Positions 36,233 through 46,332 of a stretch of DNA of 64,000 nt are shown here, in pieces. The notes under the pieces were generated by a model. It was given only the letters and a program-made list of their open reading frames with translations, had not been told where the DNA came from and ran no database searches. Position 1 is the first letter of the stretch; every line of letters starts with the position of its first letter. Both the position numbers and the translations under genes were made by a program. The DNA is from Chloroflexota bacterium (GTDB taxonomy: Bacteria > Chloroflexota > Dehalococcoidia > Lucifugimonadales > SAR202-VII-2): the NCBI GenBank assembly GCA_003228115.1, contig QEVV01000004.1, forward strand, positions 85,175-149,174, in the 5' to 3' direction.

Positions 36233-38281
36233 CTAGTTCACCGTGATAATGATATTGCCAAAGCCATCAATCTCAGCCAACTGGCCTGGGTAGATGACCG
36301 TCGTTGAGTCCGACTGGTCAACAATGACCGGCCCTTCCAGGCGATGGCCCGGCCGTAATAGCGCACGGTTGTAGACGGGGCAGGAAATCATGCCCTGAGC
36401 ACTGCTGAAGCAGGCATCTCGATCACCGGCCCTGGCCGTCTCAACGCCCCCTTCACCAGCCACCCCAGGGTTGATCGTTGCATGCCGAACCTGTGCGACG
36501 GCCACCACCCGGTAGTTGACGACCTCAACCGGTTCCTCCGGCGCTCCGTGACCGAATTGCTGGGCATGCAGTTGGTCGAAGTTCGCCCTCGATGCCTTGA
36601 GATCATCTTCAGTCAGCTGGGCTGCCCCGCTCACGGCCACGGTCAATTCATAACCCTGGCCCTGATAGCGCAGGTCCAAGAAGCGGGACAGTTGGATTTG
36701 TTCACGCGGAAAGCCATCGCTTTGGAATCCTTCCAGTGCCTGGGACTCAAGCCCCGAGAAAACGGTCATAGCGGCCTCGCCAGTCAAGCCAGCCAACGGC
36801 GCCAACCGGGAGGTCATATAGTCACGCCGTGGGTCTGCCATCAATAGCCCAAGCGCCGAGGTCACGCCCGGAGCGGGCGGCACAATGACCTTTTGCATGT
36901 TCAGGTCGGCCGCCAGTCTGCCGGAGGGAATTGGGCCTGCGCCGCCAAACGCCACCATGCTGAAGTCGCGTAGGTCGTAGCCTCGCTCGGTGGAAACGGC
37001 GCGGACGCCCTCCTCCATCTTGGCGTTGATGATACGGATGATGCCTTCAGCAGTCTGAAGCGGGCTCAACCCAAGGGTGGCCCCCATTTCCTTAATAGCC
37101 TCATAGGCCTTGTCGTAATGGAGGGACACCTTCCCGCCACCAAGGTTGTTCGGGTTCAGATAACCGAGCACAACGTTCGCATCGGTGACAGTGGGATTAG
37201 TGCCGCCCTTACCGTAGCAAACGGGGCCTGGATCGGCTCCTGCGCTCTGGGGACCGACCTGAAGACCACCCCCCTTGTCGAGCCATGCGATAGTGCCGCC
37301 GCCCGCCCCAATCGTGTGAATCATCAGCATGGGCACGCCAAGCTCCCAGTCGCCTAGGCGCCCAGATGTCTCTTCAAGAATCTTGCCCTTCTCACCCAGA
37401 GCCAAATCGGTGCTGGTCCCCCCAACATCCAGGGTCACGACATTGTCGAACCCAGCAGCTGAGGCAATCTCAACCCCGGCCAATGCTCCGGCGCAAGGGC
37501 CGGAAAGGATCGTGGTTACAGGCACCACACTTTCGACCTTATTGACGCCGCCATTGCTCTGCATGATGTAGAGCTGGCGAGTCTTGACCCCTTCGTCGCG
37601 CAGTTGCTTGCTGAGGTTGGTAAGGTAGGCAGTCATCGCCGGGTCCAGCCTCGCGTTGGCCACGGTAGTGCTATAACGGGGATGCTCCCGGATCTGAGGC
37701 AGTATCTCCGAAGACAGCGACACCCAGGCCTCTGGGTACTCCTGTTTAATCAACTCCCCTACCCTCTTTTCGTGGGCGGGGTTTAGAAAAGAGAACAGCA
37801 AGACCACCGCAATCGACTCGACGCCCTTCTCCTTAAGCCTACGAATAGCTTGGATCGTCGCCTCTTCGTCGAGGGCCTTCAACACGTTGCCTTCGTTATC
37901 AATGCGCTCGGGGACCTCGAGGCGGAAGCGGGGCGGAACCAGCGGCTTCTTCTCGATGAACAGGTTCCCCAACTCAGCCCCGAACCGAGGGAGGTGCCAG
38001 ATGTCGTTGATACCTGTGAAGCCCTCCGTGATCAGTAGCCCAACCTTGGCGCCCCTGTTCTGCACCAAAATGTTCGTGCCCACCGTCGTCCCGTGGGAAA
38101 GGGTGCCAATGTTGTCCAAATCACCCTTGTTAGGGAACATCTCAAGGACGCCCTGAACAATCGACTGGCTTGGGTCGGAAGGTGTGGATGGCACCTTCAG
38201 AATTTCAATCTCGCCGGTTTCTTGGTCCATTACCACCATGTCGGTGAACGTCCCTCCGGTGTCTACTGCTACCGTCTTCAC
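36233..38281 (-). CDS. hydantoinase A / oxoprolinase family protein
   Basis: ORF 36233..38323 (TTG start). GTG 38281, 6 nt after GAGGAG, gives VKTVAVDTGGTFTD, the typical HyuA N-terminus. Confidence 0.8.
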   Translation of the reverse strand: MKTVAVDTGGTFTDMVVMDQETGEIEILKVPSTPSDPSQSIVQGVLEMFPNKGDLDNIGTLSHGTTVGTNILVQNRGAKVGLLITEGFTGINDIWHLPRFGAELGNLFIEKKPLVPPRFRLEVPERIDNEGNVLKALDEEATIQAIRRLKEKGVESIAVVLLFSFLNPAHEKRVGELIKQEYPEAWVSLSSEILPQIREHPRYSTTVANARLDPAMTAYLTNLSKQLRDEGVKTRQLYIMQSNGGVNKVESVVPVTTILSGPCAGALAGVEIASAAGFDNVVTLDVGGTSTDLALGEKGKILEETSGRLGDWELGVPMLMIHTIGAGGGTIAWLDKGGGLQVGPQSAGADPGPVCYGKGGTNPTVTDANVVLGYLNPNNLGGGKVSLHYDKAYEAIKEMGATLGLSPLQTAEGIIRIINAKMEEGVRAVSTERGYDLRDFSMVAFGGAGPIPSGRLAADLNMQKVIVPPAPGVTSALGLLMADPRRDYMTSRLAPLAGLTGEAAMTVFSGLESQALEGFQSDGFPREQIQLSRFLDLRYQGQGYELTVAVSGAAQLTEDDLKASRANFDQLHAQQFGHGAPEEPVEVVNYRVVAVAQVRHATINPGVAGEGGVETARAGDRDACFSSAQGMISCPVYNRALLRPGHRLEGPVIVDQSDSTTVIYPGQLAEIDGFGNIIITVN

Positions 38282-38518
38282 AAGCAACTCCTCAGTTAGT
38301 TCTGGATGTGTCAAACTAATCAACGCGGCCCCTTAGGCCACGCCTACCGACTATAGATTGCGCCCCTAGTAGCGTCAATCCCCGATGTGCCTAAACGGCC
38401 CCTTTACCGCTTCGGCAACCAGTTCATGCTGCCCCAACCTCGCTCCCGCCTCATAGCCCTTGTGCCATCAGACAACGAATAAAGCTGCCCAGCCCTGATC
38501 GCCGACAGCTCGCTTGTC

Positions 38519-38611
38519 GCGGGTGCAGGAGCGCAGCCCCGCCGGGGTTACAGGGGTGTCCCCTGAAACAAGACGTTCGCGGGCGGACTGGGCGGGATAA
38601 CCGAGTCAGCC
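38519..38611 (+). repeat. family-A repeat
   Basis: GCGGGTGCAGGAGCGCAGCCCCGCCGGGGTTACAGGGGTGTCCCCTGAAACAAGACGTTCGCGGGCGGACTGGGCGGGAT... Confidence 0.85.
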
Positions 38612-38706
38612 ACTTCAAGCCACTCGTACTCAAAGCGTAGCCTGCCCAAAGAAAACTACCCGACAACGATTAGCCCCAGCCCCGGGGCAGCACTGCCCAG
38701 TTTCAC

Positions 38707-38801
38707 GCGGGTGCAGGGGCGAAGCCCCGCCGGGGTCACAGGGGTGTCCCCTGAAACAAGACGTTCGCGGGGCGGGCTGGGTGGGACAGCAGCGTCCGGC
38801 C
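38707..38801 (+). repeat. family-A repeat (188 bp after the previous copy)
   Basis: GCGGGTGCAGGGGCGAAGCCCCGCCGGGGTCACAGGGGTGTCCCCTGAAACAAGACGTTCGCGGGGCGGGCTGGGTGGGAC... Confidence 0.85.
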
Positions 38802-38993
38802 AAACCAAGCCGTTACACCGCCAATAGCCATGTGCAGACCTTGAACACCTAATGTCCATTGAGAGCGCGAAGCCCCGAAGCCCCAGACTCGCTTGCCACT
38901 GCCAAGCGACCCAGCTAGCATAGCCACCATCTCATCCCCTGCTACCCGCAAAACGGCTTCGTAGCTGGCGGAGAAACCCAAAAGGAGGCACCC

Positions 38994-39710
38994 ATGTACG
39001 GATGGCGCGGCCGCATAGGCCACATCTGCCCCTCTATACCCATAGACATGATCATGAACGAGTTCCAATTGATGCTCCCCGATGGCGTTCAGATGGTGTA
39101 CAGCTCGCTGCACGTCCAGAACATCCAGAACTCAGACTTCGATCGTGCCTTGGAACGCTTGACCGAAGCGACCGAGCAGATAGCAGACGGGGAAGTCGAC
39201 TGCATCATCGCTGGCGGTGGGCCTTTGGTAGCCATGCGTGGCACCGACGCCGACATTGTTGAGCACATCACCAGCATTGCCAAAGTGCCATCCTCAACAA
39301 CAACAGGGGCCATGATCTCAGCTCTTCGCCACCTGGAAGCCAAACGGGTGGCTATAGCCTCACCCTATTCGGATGAGCGAAACGTGTTGCTTGGGAAGTA
39401 CCTGGAAAGCCAGGGATTCGAGGTCGTGGGGCAAAAAGGCCTCGGCCTAACCCGCGCAATGGATATAGCCAAGCTTCCGTGGCACGCCTCTTACGAACTA
39501 GCACGGAAAGCCGCCGCCGATGCCCCTGGCGCAGACGCCATCTATATGCCCTGCGCCCGCTTCCCCATCATTGGCAACATAGACATCATAGAACAGGACA
39601 CAGGCATACCGATTGTCACCAGCGTTCAGTCCATGACCTGGTGGGGCCTCAATGCCATTGGCATAGGTGAAGAAATCCTAGGGTTCGGGCTGTTACTGGA
39701 AGATCGGTAG
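38994..39710 (+). CDS. Asp/Glu/hydantoin racemase superfamily protein (maleate isomerase / arylmalonate decarboxylase-like)
   Basis: 238 aa with N-terminal GWRGRIGHICPS. Paralog of 5046..5798, divergent from the hydantoinase genes. Confidence 0.65.
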   Translation: MYGWRGRIGHICPSIPIDMIMNEFQLMLPDGVQMVYSSLHVQNIQNSDFDRALERLTEATEQIADGEVDCIIAGGGPLVAMRGTDADIVEHITSIAKVPSSTTTGAMISALRHLEAKRVAIASPYSDERNVLLGKYLESQGFEVVGQKGLGLTRAMDIAKLPWHASYELARKAAADAPGADAIYMPCARFPIIGNIDIIEQDTGIPIVTSVQSMTWWGLNAIGIGEEILGFGLLLEDR

Positions 39711-39832
39711 TCAAAGGGGGCCGACACGCCCTTTTCGTCGTTGCGAGCAAGGCACGTGGCGGGTGTCGCGCTGTGCCTGGGGTATGAACCCCTCGGTGGG
39801 GACACCAGACTGGCAGTAACGGTCAGGTCTTG

Positions 39833-39857
39833 GTAGGGGCGGGTCTTAGACCCGCCC
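39833..39857 (+). repeat. family-B GTAGGGGCG hairpin repeat
   Basis: GTAGGGGCGGGTCTTAGACCCGCCC; stem GGGCGGGTC/GACCCGCCC. Confidence 0.7.
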
Positions 39858-39989
39858 GCGCGCTTGCTGCTGACGGCGAGACCTAGACAGGGAAGTACCC
39901 CTTGACTATGAGCTTGGTCTGAGCGGGGTTCATGCGGAGTCTCCGGGGTACCGGGACTCTGCAACTTGGTGGGGCCGAGTGGATGCTCT

Positions 39990-40925
39990 CTAGTAGAGCG
40001 GCCCGAAGTGTTGCTCGTACCGGGTCTTGAATTCTTCTTCGGTGTAGCTGTATGTCTGCGTTCCATACACTTCCACAGCATAGGCAGCCGCAACCGTCCC
40101 CATCTCAGCACAAGCCACCAAGTCCTTACTCTCGATCAGGCCCTTGATGAGTCCAGCTCGGAAGGCGTCTCCGGCCCCCGTGGGATCTACCGCTTCGGCC
40201 AGAGGTAGCGCCGGAATCGAATTCTCTCCATCCGGCTCGGAAATGACCGCGCCGTGTTCGCCACGAGTCGTGATAATCGACTCAGTGAGTTCCAACAGGT
40301 CTGCCGTTTCTGTTTCCACCTTTCTCAATATCATTTCTATCTCGTAATCATTGGCAATGAGGAGGCGGGAGCCTCGAATGCCGCTCAGGAGTTGCTCCGC
40401 CGACAACCCTGGAATCGACTGGCCCGGATCAAAAATGAAGGGCAGGCCCATGTTTCGGTAGGCTTCAGCGTATCCAACCATGTCATCCCCATTGCCAGGA
40501 GAAATGATGGCTATCGCATCCCTGGCATCCACCCCTGCAAGGTCATCCCCAGCGGAGAACTTCATTGCACCGGGATTGAACCCAGTGATCTGGTTGTCCG
40601 CCTGATCTGTCGTAATGAAAGCGGAGGCAGTCAATTCGTCCTCGACCACCAAAATCGATGAGGTGGAGATGCCGTGCTTTTCCAACCACCGGAAGTAGAG
40701 GTCGTGGTCCCGACCAATCGTGGCCCGAATGCGAGACTGCTCCCCAAGCATCGCCAACGCAAACGCAATGTTGCCAGCGGTGCCGCCGAAATTCTCCACC
40801 ATCCGGTCCACCATGAAGGAAATGTTAATTACGTGGGTCTTCTCCGGCATGATGTGATCGGAGAAGTTGCCGCCAAAGCTCATGATGCGGTCGTATGCAA
40901 GGGAACCGGAAACCAGGATGTCCAC
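39990..40925 (-). CDS. PfkB-family carbohydrate/nucleoside kinase
   Basis: GGTAGN, and C-terminal DPTGAGDAF (PfkB signature 2). Confidence 0.8.
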   Translation of the reverse strand: MDILVSGSLAYDRIMSFGGNFSDHIMPEKTHVINISFMVDRMVENFGGTAGNIAFALAMLGEQSRIRATIGRDHDLYFRWLEKHGISTSSILVVEDELTASAFITTDQADNQITGFNPGAMKFSAGDDLAGVDARDAIAIISPGNGDDMVGYAEAYRNMGLPFIFDPGQSIPGLSAEQLLSGIRGSRLLIANDYEIEMILRKVETETADLLELTESIITTRGEHGAVISEPDGENSIPALPLAEAVDPTGAGDAFRAGLIKGLIESKDLVACAEMGTVAAAYAVEVYGTQTYSYTEEEFKTRYEQHFGPLY

Positions 40926-41069
40926 GCAGAGCCTCCGTGATTATGCGGGAATGAGACCGTCGCATTCCCTGCGACGCCTCCACTACCTTAGGCAACCTCC
41001 ATCCCACGGTCAACCAAGCCCATGTTGTTCCTGCTGCACTCCCAACGTACAATCCGGCCGAGGAAAAGC

Positions 41070-42428
41070 ATGGACAAACCCACAGAACTACTCAGCAGCT
41101 ACGCAGCCAGCCTTACCTATGATGAGCTAACCGAGGATGCCGTCCATGGCATCAAGCGATGCCTCGTGGATAGCCTCGCCTGCGCCCTAGGAGGCTTCAC
41201 TGGCGAGCCGTCACGCATCGCCATAGCTATGGCCCGCCAGGTCTCAGGCGCCTCACCGGCCCGTGTTTTCTTCACCAACGACGCCACATCGCCAGAGTTA
41301 GCCGCCTTCGCCAATACCACCATGATTCGCTACCTGGACTGCAACGACATCTATCGCGCCAAGGAAGGCGGTCATCCCAGCGACACCATCGGAGCGGTCC
41401 TGGCCGCAGCCGACAGCACCGGAGCCAGCGGCAAGCGAACTGTTCTGGGCCTCGCCGTGTCCTATGAGGTCTTTTGCACCCTTGGTGAGATGGAGAACCT
41501 CGGCCTGCACAGCCTCGACCACGTCCTCAATACCGCCATCGCCTCCGCGCTTGGGGCGGGAAGTGTCCTGGGCCTGACTCCTGAGCAGATGGCCCATGCC
41601 CTGTCGATAGCTCTCGTTCCCAACCTGGCATTGCGGGTCAGTCGCTCCGGGCACCTCTCCATGTGGAAGGGCGCAGCTGCCGGCAACGCCGCCCGCAACG
41701 GCCTATTCGCCGCTCAATTGGCCGCCCTAGGCATGACCGGCCCGGCCGAACCATTCCATGGAGAAAAGGGGCTGGGTGATCTTTTGGGCGCGCCTCCGGT
41801 GCTGCCGCCACTGGGCGGACGGGACGGCGACTTCCACGCCAACATCATCAACATGAAATACTTCCCCAGCGACTATCATGCGCAGGGCCACATCTGGGCG
41901 GCTATTGAGCTGCGCCAGCAGCTTGCCGCAACGGACATAGCCGAACTCCACGCCTACATCCACGACTTCGGCTACCACGAGATTGGGGAAGGCCAAGCGA
42001 AATGGGATGTTCAAGGCAGGGAGACTGCAGACCACAGTCTCCCCTACCTCTTAGCCGCTAGCTTCTTGGATGGCGATATGGGTCCGGCCCAGTTCACTCC
42101 GGAACGAATAGCCGACCCCGCGGTCCATGATCTCATCGCCAAAGTGAGCGTCCACAACGACCCCGAACTGACGAGCCTCTACGAGAAAAACGCTGTCGCC
42201 ACCCGACTCGAGGCCGTTACCACTGGCGGCGAACGCGTCGTGGTAGAAATCGAGTCGCCCAAGGGCCACTTCCGCAACCCCCTCACCGACTCTGAACTTG
42301 AAGAAAAGTTCCATCGCTTCGCCGACGGCCTGCTGCCCCGACCGACCCAGGAAGCCGCCCTCCACGAACTGTGGCAGCTGGAGCAGGCCCCCAACCTTGG
42401 AAGCGCGCTGGCCAGTCTCCAGGTGTAA
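41070..42428 (+). CDS. MmgE/PrpD family protein
   Basis: ORF 41022..42428, start at ATG 41070. N-terminal L..YA..L.YD.L...AVH..KR.L.DSLACALGG is typical of MmgE/PrpD. Confidence 0.8.
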   Translation: MDKPTELLSSYAASLTYDELTEDAVHGIKRCLVDSLACALGGFTGEPSRIAIAMARQVSGASPARVFFTNDATSPELAAFANTTMIRYLDCNDIYRAKEGGHPSDTIGAVLAAADSTGASGKRTVLGLAVSYEVFCTLGEMENLGLHSLDHVLNTAIASALGAGSVLGLTPEQMAHALSIALVPNLALRVSRSGHLSMWKGAAAGNAARNGLFAAQLAALGMTGPAEPFHGEKGLGDLLGAPPVLPPLGGRDGDFHANIINMKYFPSDYHAQGHIWAAIELRQQLAATDIAELHAYIHDFGYHEIGEGQAKWDVQGRETADHSLPYLLAASFLDGDMGPAQFTPERIADPAVHDLIAKVSVHNDPELTSLYEKNAVATRLEAVTTGGERVVVEIESPKGHFRNPLTDSELEEKFHRFADGLLPRPTQEAALHELWQLEQAPNLGSALASLQV

Positions 42429-42684
42429 GACCACATCGCCCAAAACCGACCACAGCCGCTTTGTCATCGCTTTGCAAATCGAGAGGGCCGGGGGGCGCAG
42501 GTAATGTTAAAGCGAACAAGGCCCTTCGCTCCGCTCTAGGACGACAAGGGGCGCGGGGCAGGGGCGGGTTTGTCTTGCTGAGGAGTCGGTTGAACCAGTT
42601 CGCCTTCAACCTCGACCCGCCGACGAAGCATCTCAGCATTGGAGATTCTTGTCGTTTGTGGTGCCGCAGTGGTCTCCTACCCTT

Positions 42685-42727
42685 GTCATTTCGACCGGAG
42701 CGCAGCGGAGCGGAGAAATCTTGTTAC
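42685..42727 (+). repeat. family-D repeat
   Basis: GTCATTTCGACCGGAGCGCAGCGGAGCGGAGAAATCTTGTTAC. Confidence 0.75.
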
Positions 42728-42745
42728 TGGTCGAGCGTGCCCTTC

Positions 42746-42773
42746 GTCTTTCCGGCGTAGGCCGGAATCCAGT
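42746..42773 (+). repeat. family-C hairpin repeat GTCnTTCCGGCGnAnGCCGGAAnCCAG
   Basis: GTCTTTCCGGCGTAGGCCGGAATCCAG; stem TTCCGGC/GCCGGAA. Confidence 0.7.
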
Positions 42774-42796
42774 CGACCCTGGCCATTCACCACTTC

Positions 42797-44491
42797 TCAG
42801 GCTTGTTTCCCACCGCCACCTTCAATCTTCGCCCAGGAATCACGAAGCGTCGCGGTGCGGTTGAAAACCAACGCCCCTGGCCTGGAATCGCTGCTGTCGA
42901 CACAAAAATAGCCAACCCGCTCGAACTGATAGTGCTGTCCAGGCGCTGCATCAACGAGGCTTGATTCAACCCGGCAAGAGGTCAACACAGTGAGGGACTC
43001 CGGGTTCAGGACGGTGCGATAGTCCTCGACCTCGTCTGGCCTCTCCACCGTGAAAAGGTTGTCGTAGAGACGCACCTCGGCTTCCAAGGCGTGCGCTGCT
43101 GAGACCCAATGGATGGTCCCGCGGACCTTGCGGCCATCTGGCGCCTGGCCCCCTTTGGTCTCGGGATCGTAGGTGCAGTGGACGGTTACCACCTCGCCAG
43201 TCGATTCGTCCTTATCGAAACCCGCGCAAGTTATGAAGTACCCGTACCGCAACCGCACTTCGCGGCCCGGAGCGAGACGAAAGAACTTCCCCGGCGGGTC
43301 CTCTCTAAAATCGTCCGATTCAATGTAGAGTTCCCGCGAGAAGGGCACCTTGTGCGTCCCCATCGCAGGGTCTTCAGGGTTATTGACTGCCTCCAGTTCC
43401 TCAACCTGCCCTTCCGGAAAGTTGTCGATGACGACCTTGAGGGGGTGCAGAACGGCCATGGCCCGCCGCGCCCTCTGGTTCAGGTCCTCACGGACACAGT
43501 GCTCAAGCAAGGCGACCTCCACAGCCGTCTGGCGCTTTGCCACCCCTATACGGTCGCAGAACGTCTTGATCGACTCTGGTGAATACCCGCGCCTCCGAAG
43601 CCCTGACAGGGTCGGCATTCGAGGATCATCCCATCCAGAAACATAGCCATCTTCCACCAGGTGCAAGAGCTTGCGTTTGCTCAGCACCGTGTACGTCAAG
43701 TTGAGTCTGGCGAACTCGATCTGTTGAGGGTGATGGATCTCTAGGCCGTTTAGGATCCAGTCGTAGAGGGGGCGGTGGTCCTCGAATTCCATGGTGCAGA
43801 GGGAGTGCGTGACCTCTTCAATCGAGTCGGATTGGCCGTGAGCAAAGTCGTACATCGGGTAGATGCACCACGCGTCTCCGGTGCGGTGGTGTGTTGCCTT
43901 CAAGACCCGGTAGAGGACCGGATCTCTCATGTTGAGATTGGGCGATCCCATATCGATCTTGGCTCGGAGCACTCGAGCCCCTTCCTCGAACTCGCAGGCG
44001 CGCATCCGCCTAAAGAGGTCGAGGTTTTCCCCCACCGGCCGGTTCCGATGAGGACTCTCCTTGCCGGGCTCGGTCAGCGTGCCGCGGCCCTCTCGTATTT
44101 GCTCTTGGTTGAGATCGTCGACGTAGGCTTTGCCCTTCTGAATCAGATCGATTGCGAACTCATACAGCGCCTCGAAGTAGTCTGACGCGTAGTGGAGATG
44201 TGCCCCCCAGTCCCAACCCAGCCAGCGAACATCCTCCTTGATGGAGGTCACATATTCCTCTTCTTCCTTCGTTGGGTTGGTGTCGTCGAATCTGAGATGA
44301 CATTCCCCACCTGTCTCCTCAGCGACTCCAAAGTTGAGGCACATCGACTTGGCATGCCCAATGTGCAGGTGGCCATTCGGCTCCGGCGGAAACCGGGTAA
44401 CAACGCGGCCGCCCCATTTGTTCGTCCGGATATCATCCAGGATGATATCCCTGATGAAGTCGGAACCCTTGCTATCATTTGCACTAATCAC
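42797..44491 (-). CDS. glnS: glutamine--tRNA ligase
   Basis: GTG start after [30 protein letters not shown] (HIGH) and VLSKRKL (KMSKS-type) motifs. Length 564 aa. Confidence 0.85.
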   Translation of the reverse strand: MISANDSKGSDFIRDIILDDIRTNKWGGRVVTRFPPEPNGHLHIGHAKSMCLNFGVAEETGGECHLRFDDTNPTKEEEEYVTSIKEDVRWLGWDWGAHLHYASDYFEALYEFAIDLIQKGKAYVDDLNQEQIREGRGTLTEPGKESPHRNRPVGENLDLFRRMRACEFEEGARVLRAKIDMGSPNLNMRDPVLYRVLKATHHRTGDAWCIYPMYDFAHGQSDSIEEVTHSLCTMEFEDHRPLYDWILNGLEIHHPQQIEFARLNLTYTVLSKRKLLHLVEDGYVSGWDDPRMPTLSGLRRRGYSPESIKTFCDRIGVAKRQTAVEVALLEHCVREDLNQRARRAMAVLHPLKVVIDNFPEGQVEELEAVNNPEDPAMGTHKVPFSRELYIESDDFREDPPGKFFRLAPGREVRLRYGYFITCAGFDKDESTGEVVTVHCTYDPETKGGQAPDGRKVRGTIHWVSAAHALEAEVRLYDNLFTVERPDEVEDYRTVLNPESLTVLTSCRVESSLVDAAPGQHYQFERVGYFCVDSSDSRPGALVFNRTATLRDSWAKIEGGGGKQA

Positions 44492-44630
44492 TTCAAAACT
44501 CCTTCGCTCCGATCATATCAATTCATACCTGCGATGGCCCGGTTCCCGGTTGGAGTACAATGCCGTCGCGCTCTCGTCCGGCGCCGCGCCCCTAAATAGT
44601 ATCTCGCAATCCCCAATGGCGATCAGAGCT

Positions 44631-44726
44631 GGGGTGCGGGGGCAAAGCCCCGCCGGGGGTTGCAGGGGGAGTCCCCCTGCAACCGAAACGTTCGAGGGCG
44701 GGCTGGGCGGGACAGCGGCGTCCGCC
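44631..44726 (+). repeat. family-A repeat, variant with TGCAGGGGG/CCCCCTGCA hairpin
   Basis: GGGGTGCGGGGGCAAAGCCCCGCCGGGGGTTGCAGGGGGAGTCCCCCTGCAACCGAAACGTTCGAGGGCGGGCTGGGCGGGAC... Confidence 0.85.
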
Positions 44727-44838
44727 ACACCAAGTCGGCCGCCAAGAAAGAAATCCCACACGCCAGATGCGTTGTCGGCAAATGCCGGTGGTGCCCCAAA
44801 TGGGGCACGAAACTCAACATAGACATAGGGAGGTCTTC

Positions 44839-45918
44839 ATGATAGATGATGCCTTTGTTATCGATGCCATCAAACACTCGCACAATCTGCACCCATCTAA
44901 CTACGCCTACGCCGAGCATGCCGCGCCCATAGCCGAAGCCGTAGCCAAGGGCTTGTACTTAACAAGCCCCCTGGGAACCAAAATACCCCAAGAACGATAT
45001 CAGAGGGACTGGCGTATTGAGGATACCGCTTCCACAACGTTCCTGGAGAGCGACGTCGATATGGCAGTCCATCAGGTTCTGCCCATAGCGGCATTCAAAG
45101 ACGGGCTGGACTCCTTCGAAAAGAACGTTGAGGCGCAGCGGCGCTGGCCGGACCGCTTCATCATCTATGCGGGCGTTGACCCCATGCAAGGTCAGAAAGC
45201 CATGGAGGAACTGGAACGCCAGGTCGAGGAGCTTCACCCCGTGGGGCTGAAGCTCTATCCGCACACCTGGGTATCGGGTCAGCCCAAGGGGTGGTTCATG
45301 GACGATCCGGAGATTGCCTTCCCCTTCTTCGAACGAGCCCAGAAGCTCGGCCTCAAGGTTGTGGCCATTCACAAAGCGGTACCCATGGGTCCGGTGCCCC
45401 TCCAGTACTACCATGTGGAAGATGTGGACCGAGCGGCCCTGGCCTTCCCTGACCTCATCTTCGAAGTCATCCACACCGGCGTAGCGTTTATCGAGGAAAC
45501 AGCTTGGCTGCTGGCCCGTTTCCCCAACGTCTACGGCAACCTTGAGACAACCAGTACATTCGTTGACTTTCGGCCAATGGCCTTCACCCAGGCGATGGCA
45601 GGCCTGCTAGCGCAAGGCGGCGCCGCAGTCCTGGACAGGCTCCTCTGGGCGACCGGGTCCATGCACCCGCAGGCAAGCCTCGAAAAATTCTGGCACGATT
45701 GGGACTTCCCCCCGGAGATGCAAGAAGGGCTGGGGCTCCCCTCAATAACCAAGGACTTGAAGAAGAAGATTCTGGGAGAGAACTACGCCCGGATGCTGGG
45801 TTTGGACATTCCGGCCATGAAGGAAAAGCTAGATCAGGACGAGTTCGGCATCAAGAAGAAGCAGCAGGGGAAAGTTCCCCCATACTCCTCCGTTGAGTTC
45901 GCTAGCGAGGCCGTGTGA
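44839..45918 (+). CDS. amidohydrolase-2 family protein
   Basis: ORF 44767..45918. ATG 44839 follows GGGAGG. FVIDAI.H and a TIM-barrel amidohydrolase-like layout. Confidence 0.7.
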   Translation: MIDDAFVIDAIKHSHNLHPSNYAYAEHAAPIAEAVAKGLYLTSPLGTKIPQERYQRDWRIEDTASTTFLESDVDMAVHQVLPIAAFKDGLDSFEKNVEAQRRWPDRFIIYAGVDPMQGQKAMEELERQVEELHPVGLKLYPHTWVSGQPKGWFMDDPEIAFPFFERAQKLGLKVVAIHKAVPMGPVPLQYYHVEDVDRAALAFPDLIFEVIHTGVAFIEETAWLLARFPNVYGNLETTSTFVDFRPMAFTQAMAGLLAQGGAAVLDRLLWATGSMHPQASLEKFWHDWDFPPEMQEGLGLPSITKDLKKKILGENYARMLGLDIPAMKEKLDQDEFGIKKKQQGKVPPYSSVEFASEAV

Positions 45919-46295
45919 TGCCTACAGAGGAAGGTGTACGCGCTTGTCTCAGTGAAATAATCGACCCCTGCAGTGTCGGGACAGGTCTGCCCCTCAACAT
46001 ATTGGAAATGGGCCTGCTGCGGGACATCGATATCCAGGACGGCCACGTCGCACTGCGTCTGCGGCTAACAACGCCCATGTGCATGCTGTTCCCCCATTTC
46101 CTGGATGAAGTCCAGAATAGGGTGGGCGCCCTCCCCGACGTTGAGTCGGTAACCTGCGAGACCGACGCCGGGATGGACTGGGGACCCGAAATGATGACCG
46201 TAGTAGCGAAGAGCCGGCTGCAACAACTTCGCGAAAGTTGGGACCGAAAAATCGGGTACGTCCCAGAAGGAAACCCAAAGGGGTTAGGCCGATAA
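45915..46295 (+). CDS. DUF59 (MIP18/PaaD-like Fe-S assembly) domain protein
   Basis: Start overlaps the upstream stop (GTGATG). L.EIIDP......NI.E.GL....I pattern typical of DUF59. Confidence 0.65.
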   Translation: MMPTEEGVRACLSEIIDPCSVGTGLPLNILEMGLLRDIDIQDGHVALRLRLTTPMCMLFPHFLDEVQNRVGALPDVESVTCETDAGMDWGPEMMTVVAKSRLQQLRESWDRKIGYVPEGNPKGLGR

Positions 46296-46332
46296 GGCCC
46301 TTAAGCCATTCATTGAAATAACGGAGGCCCAA

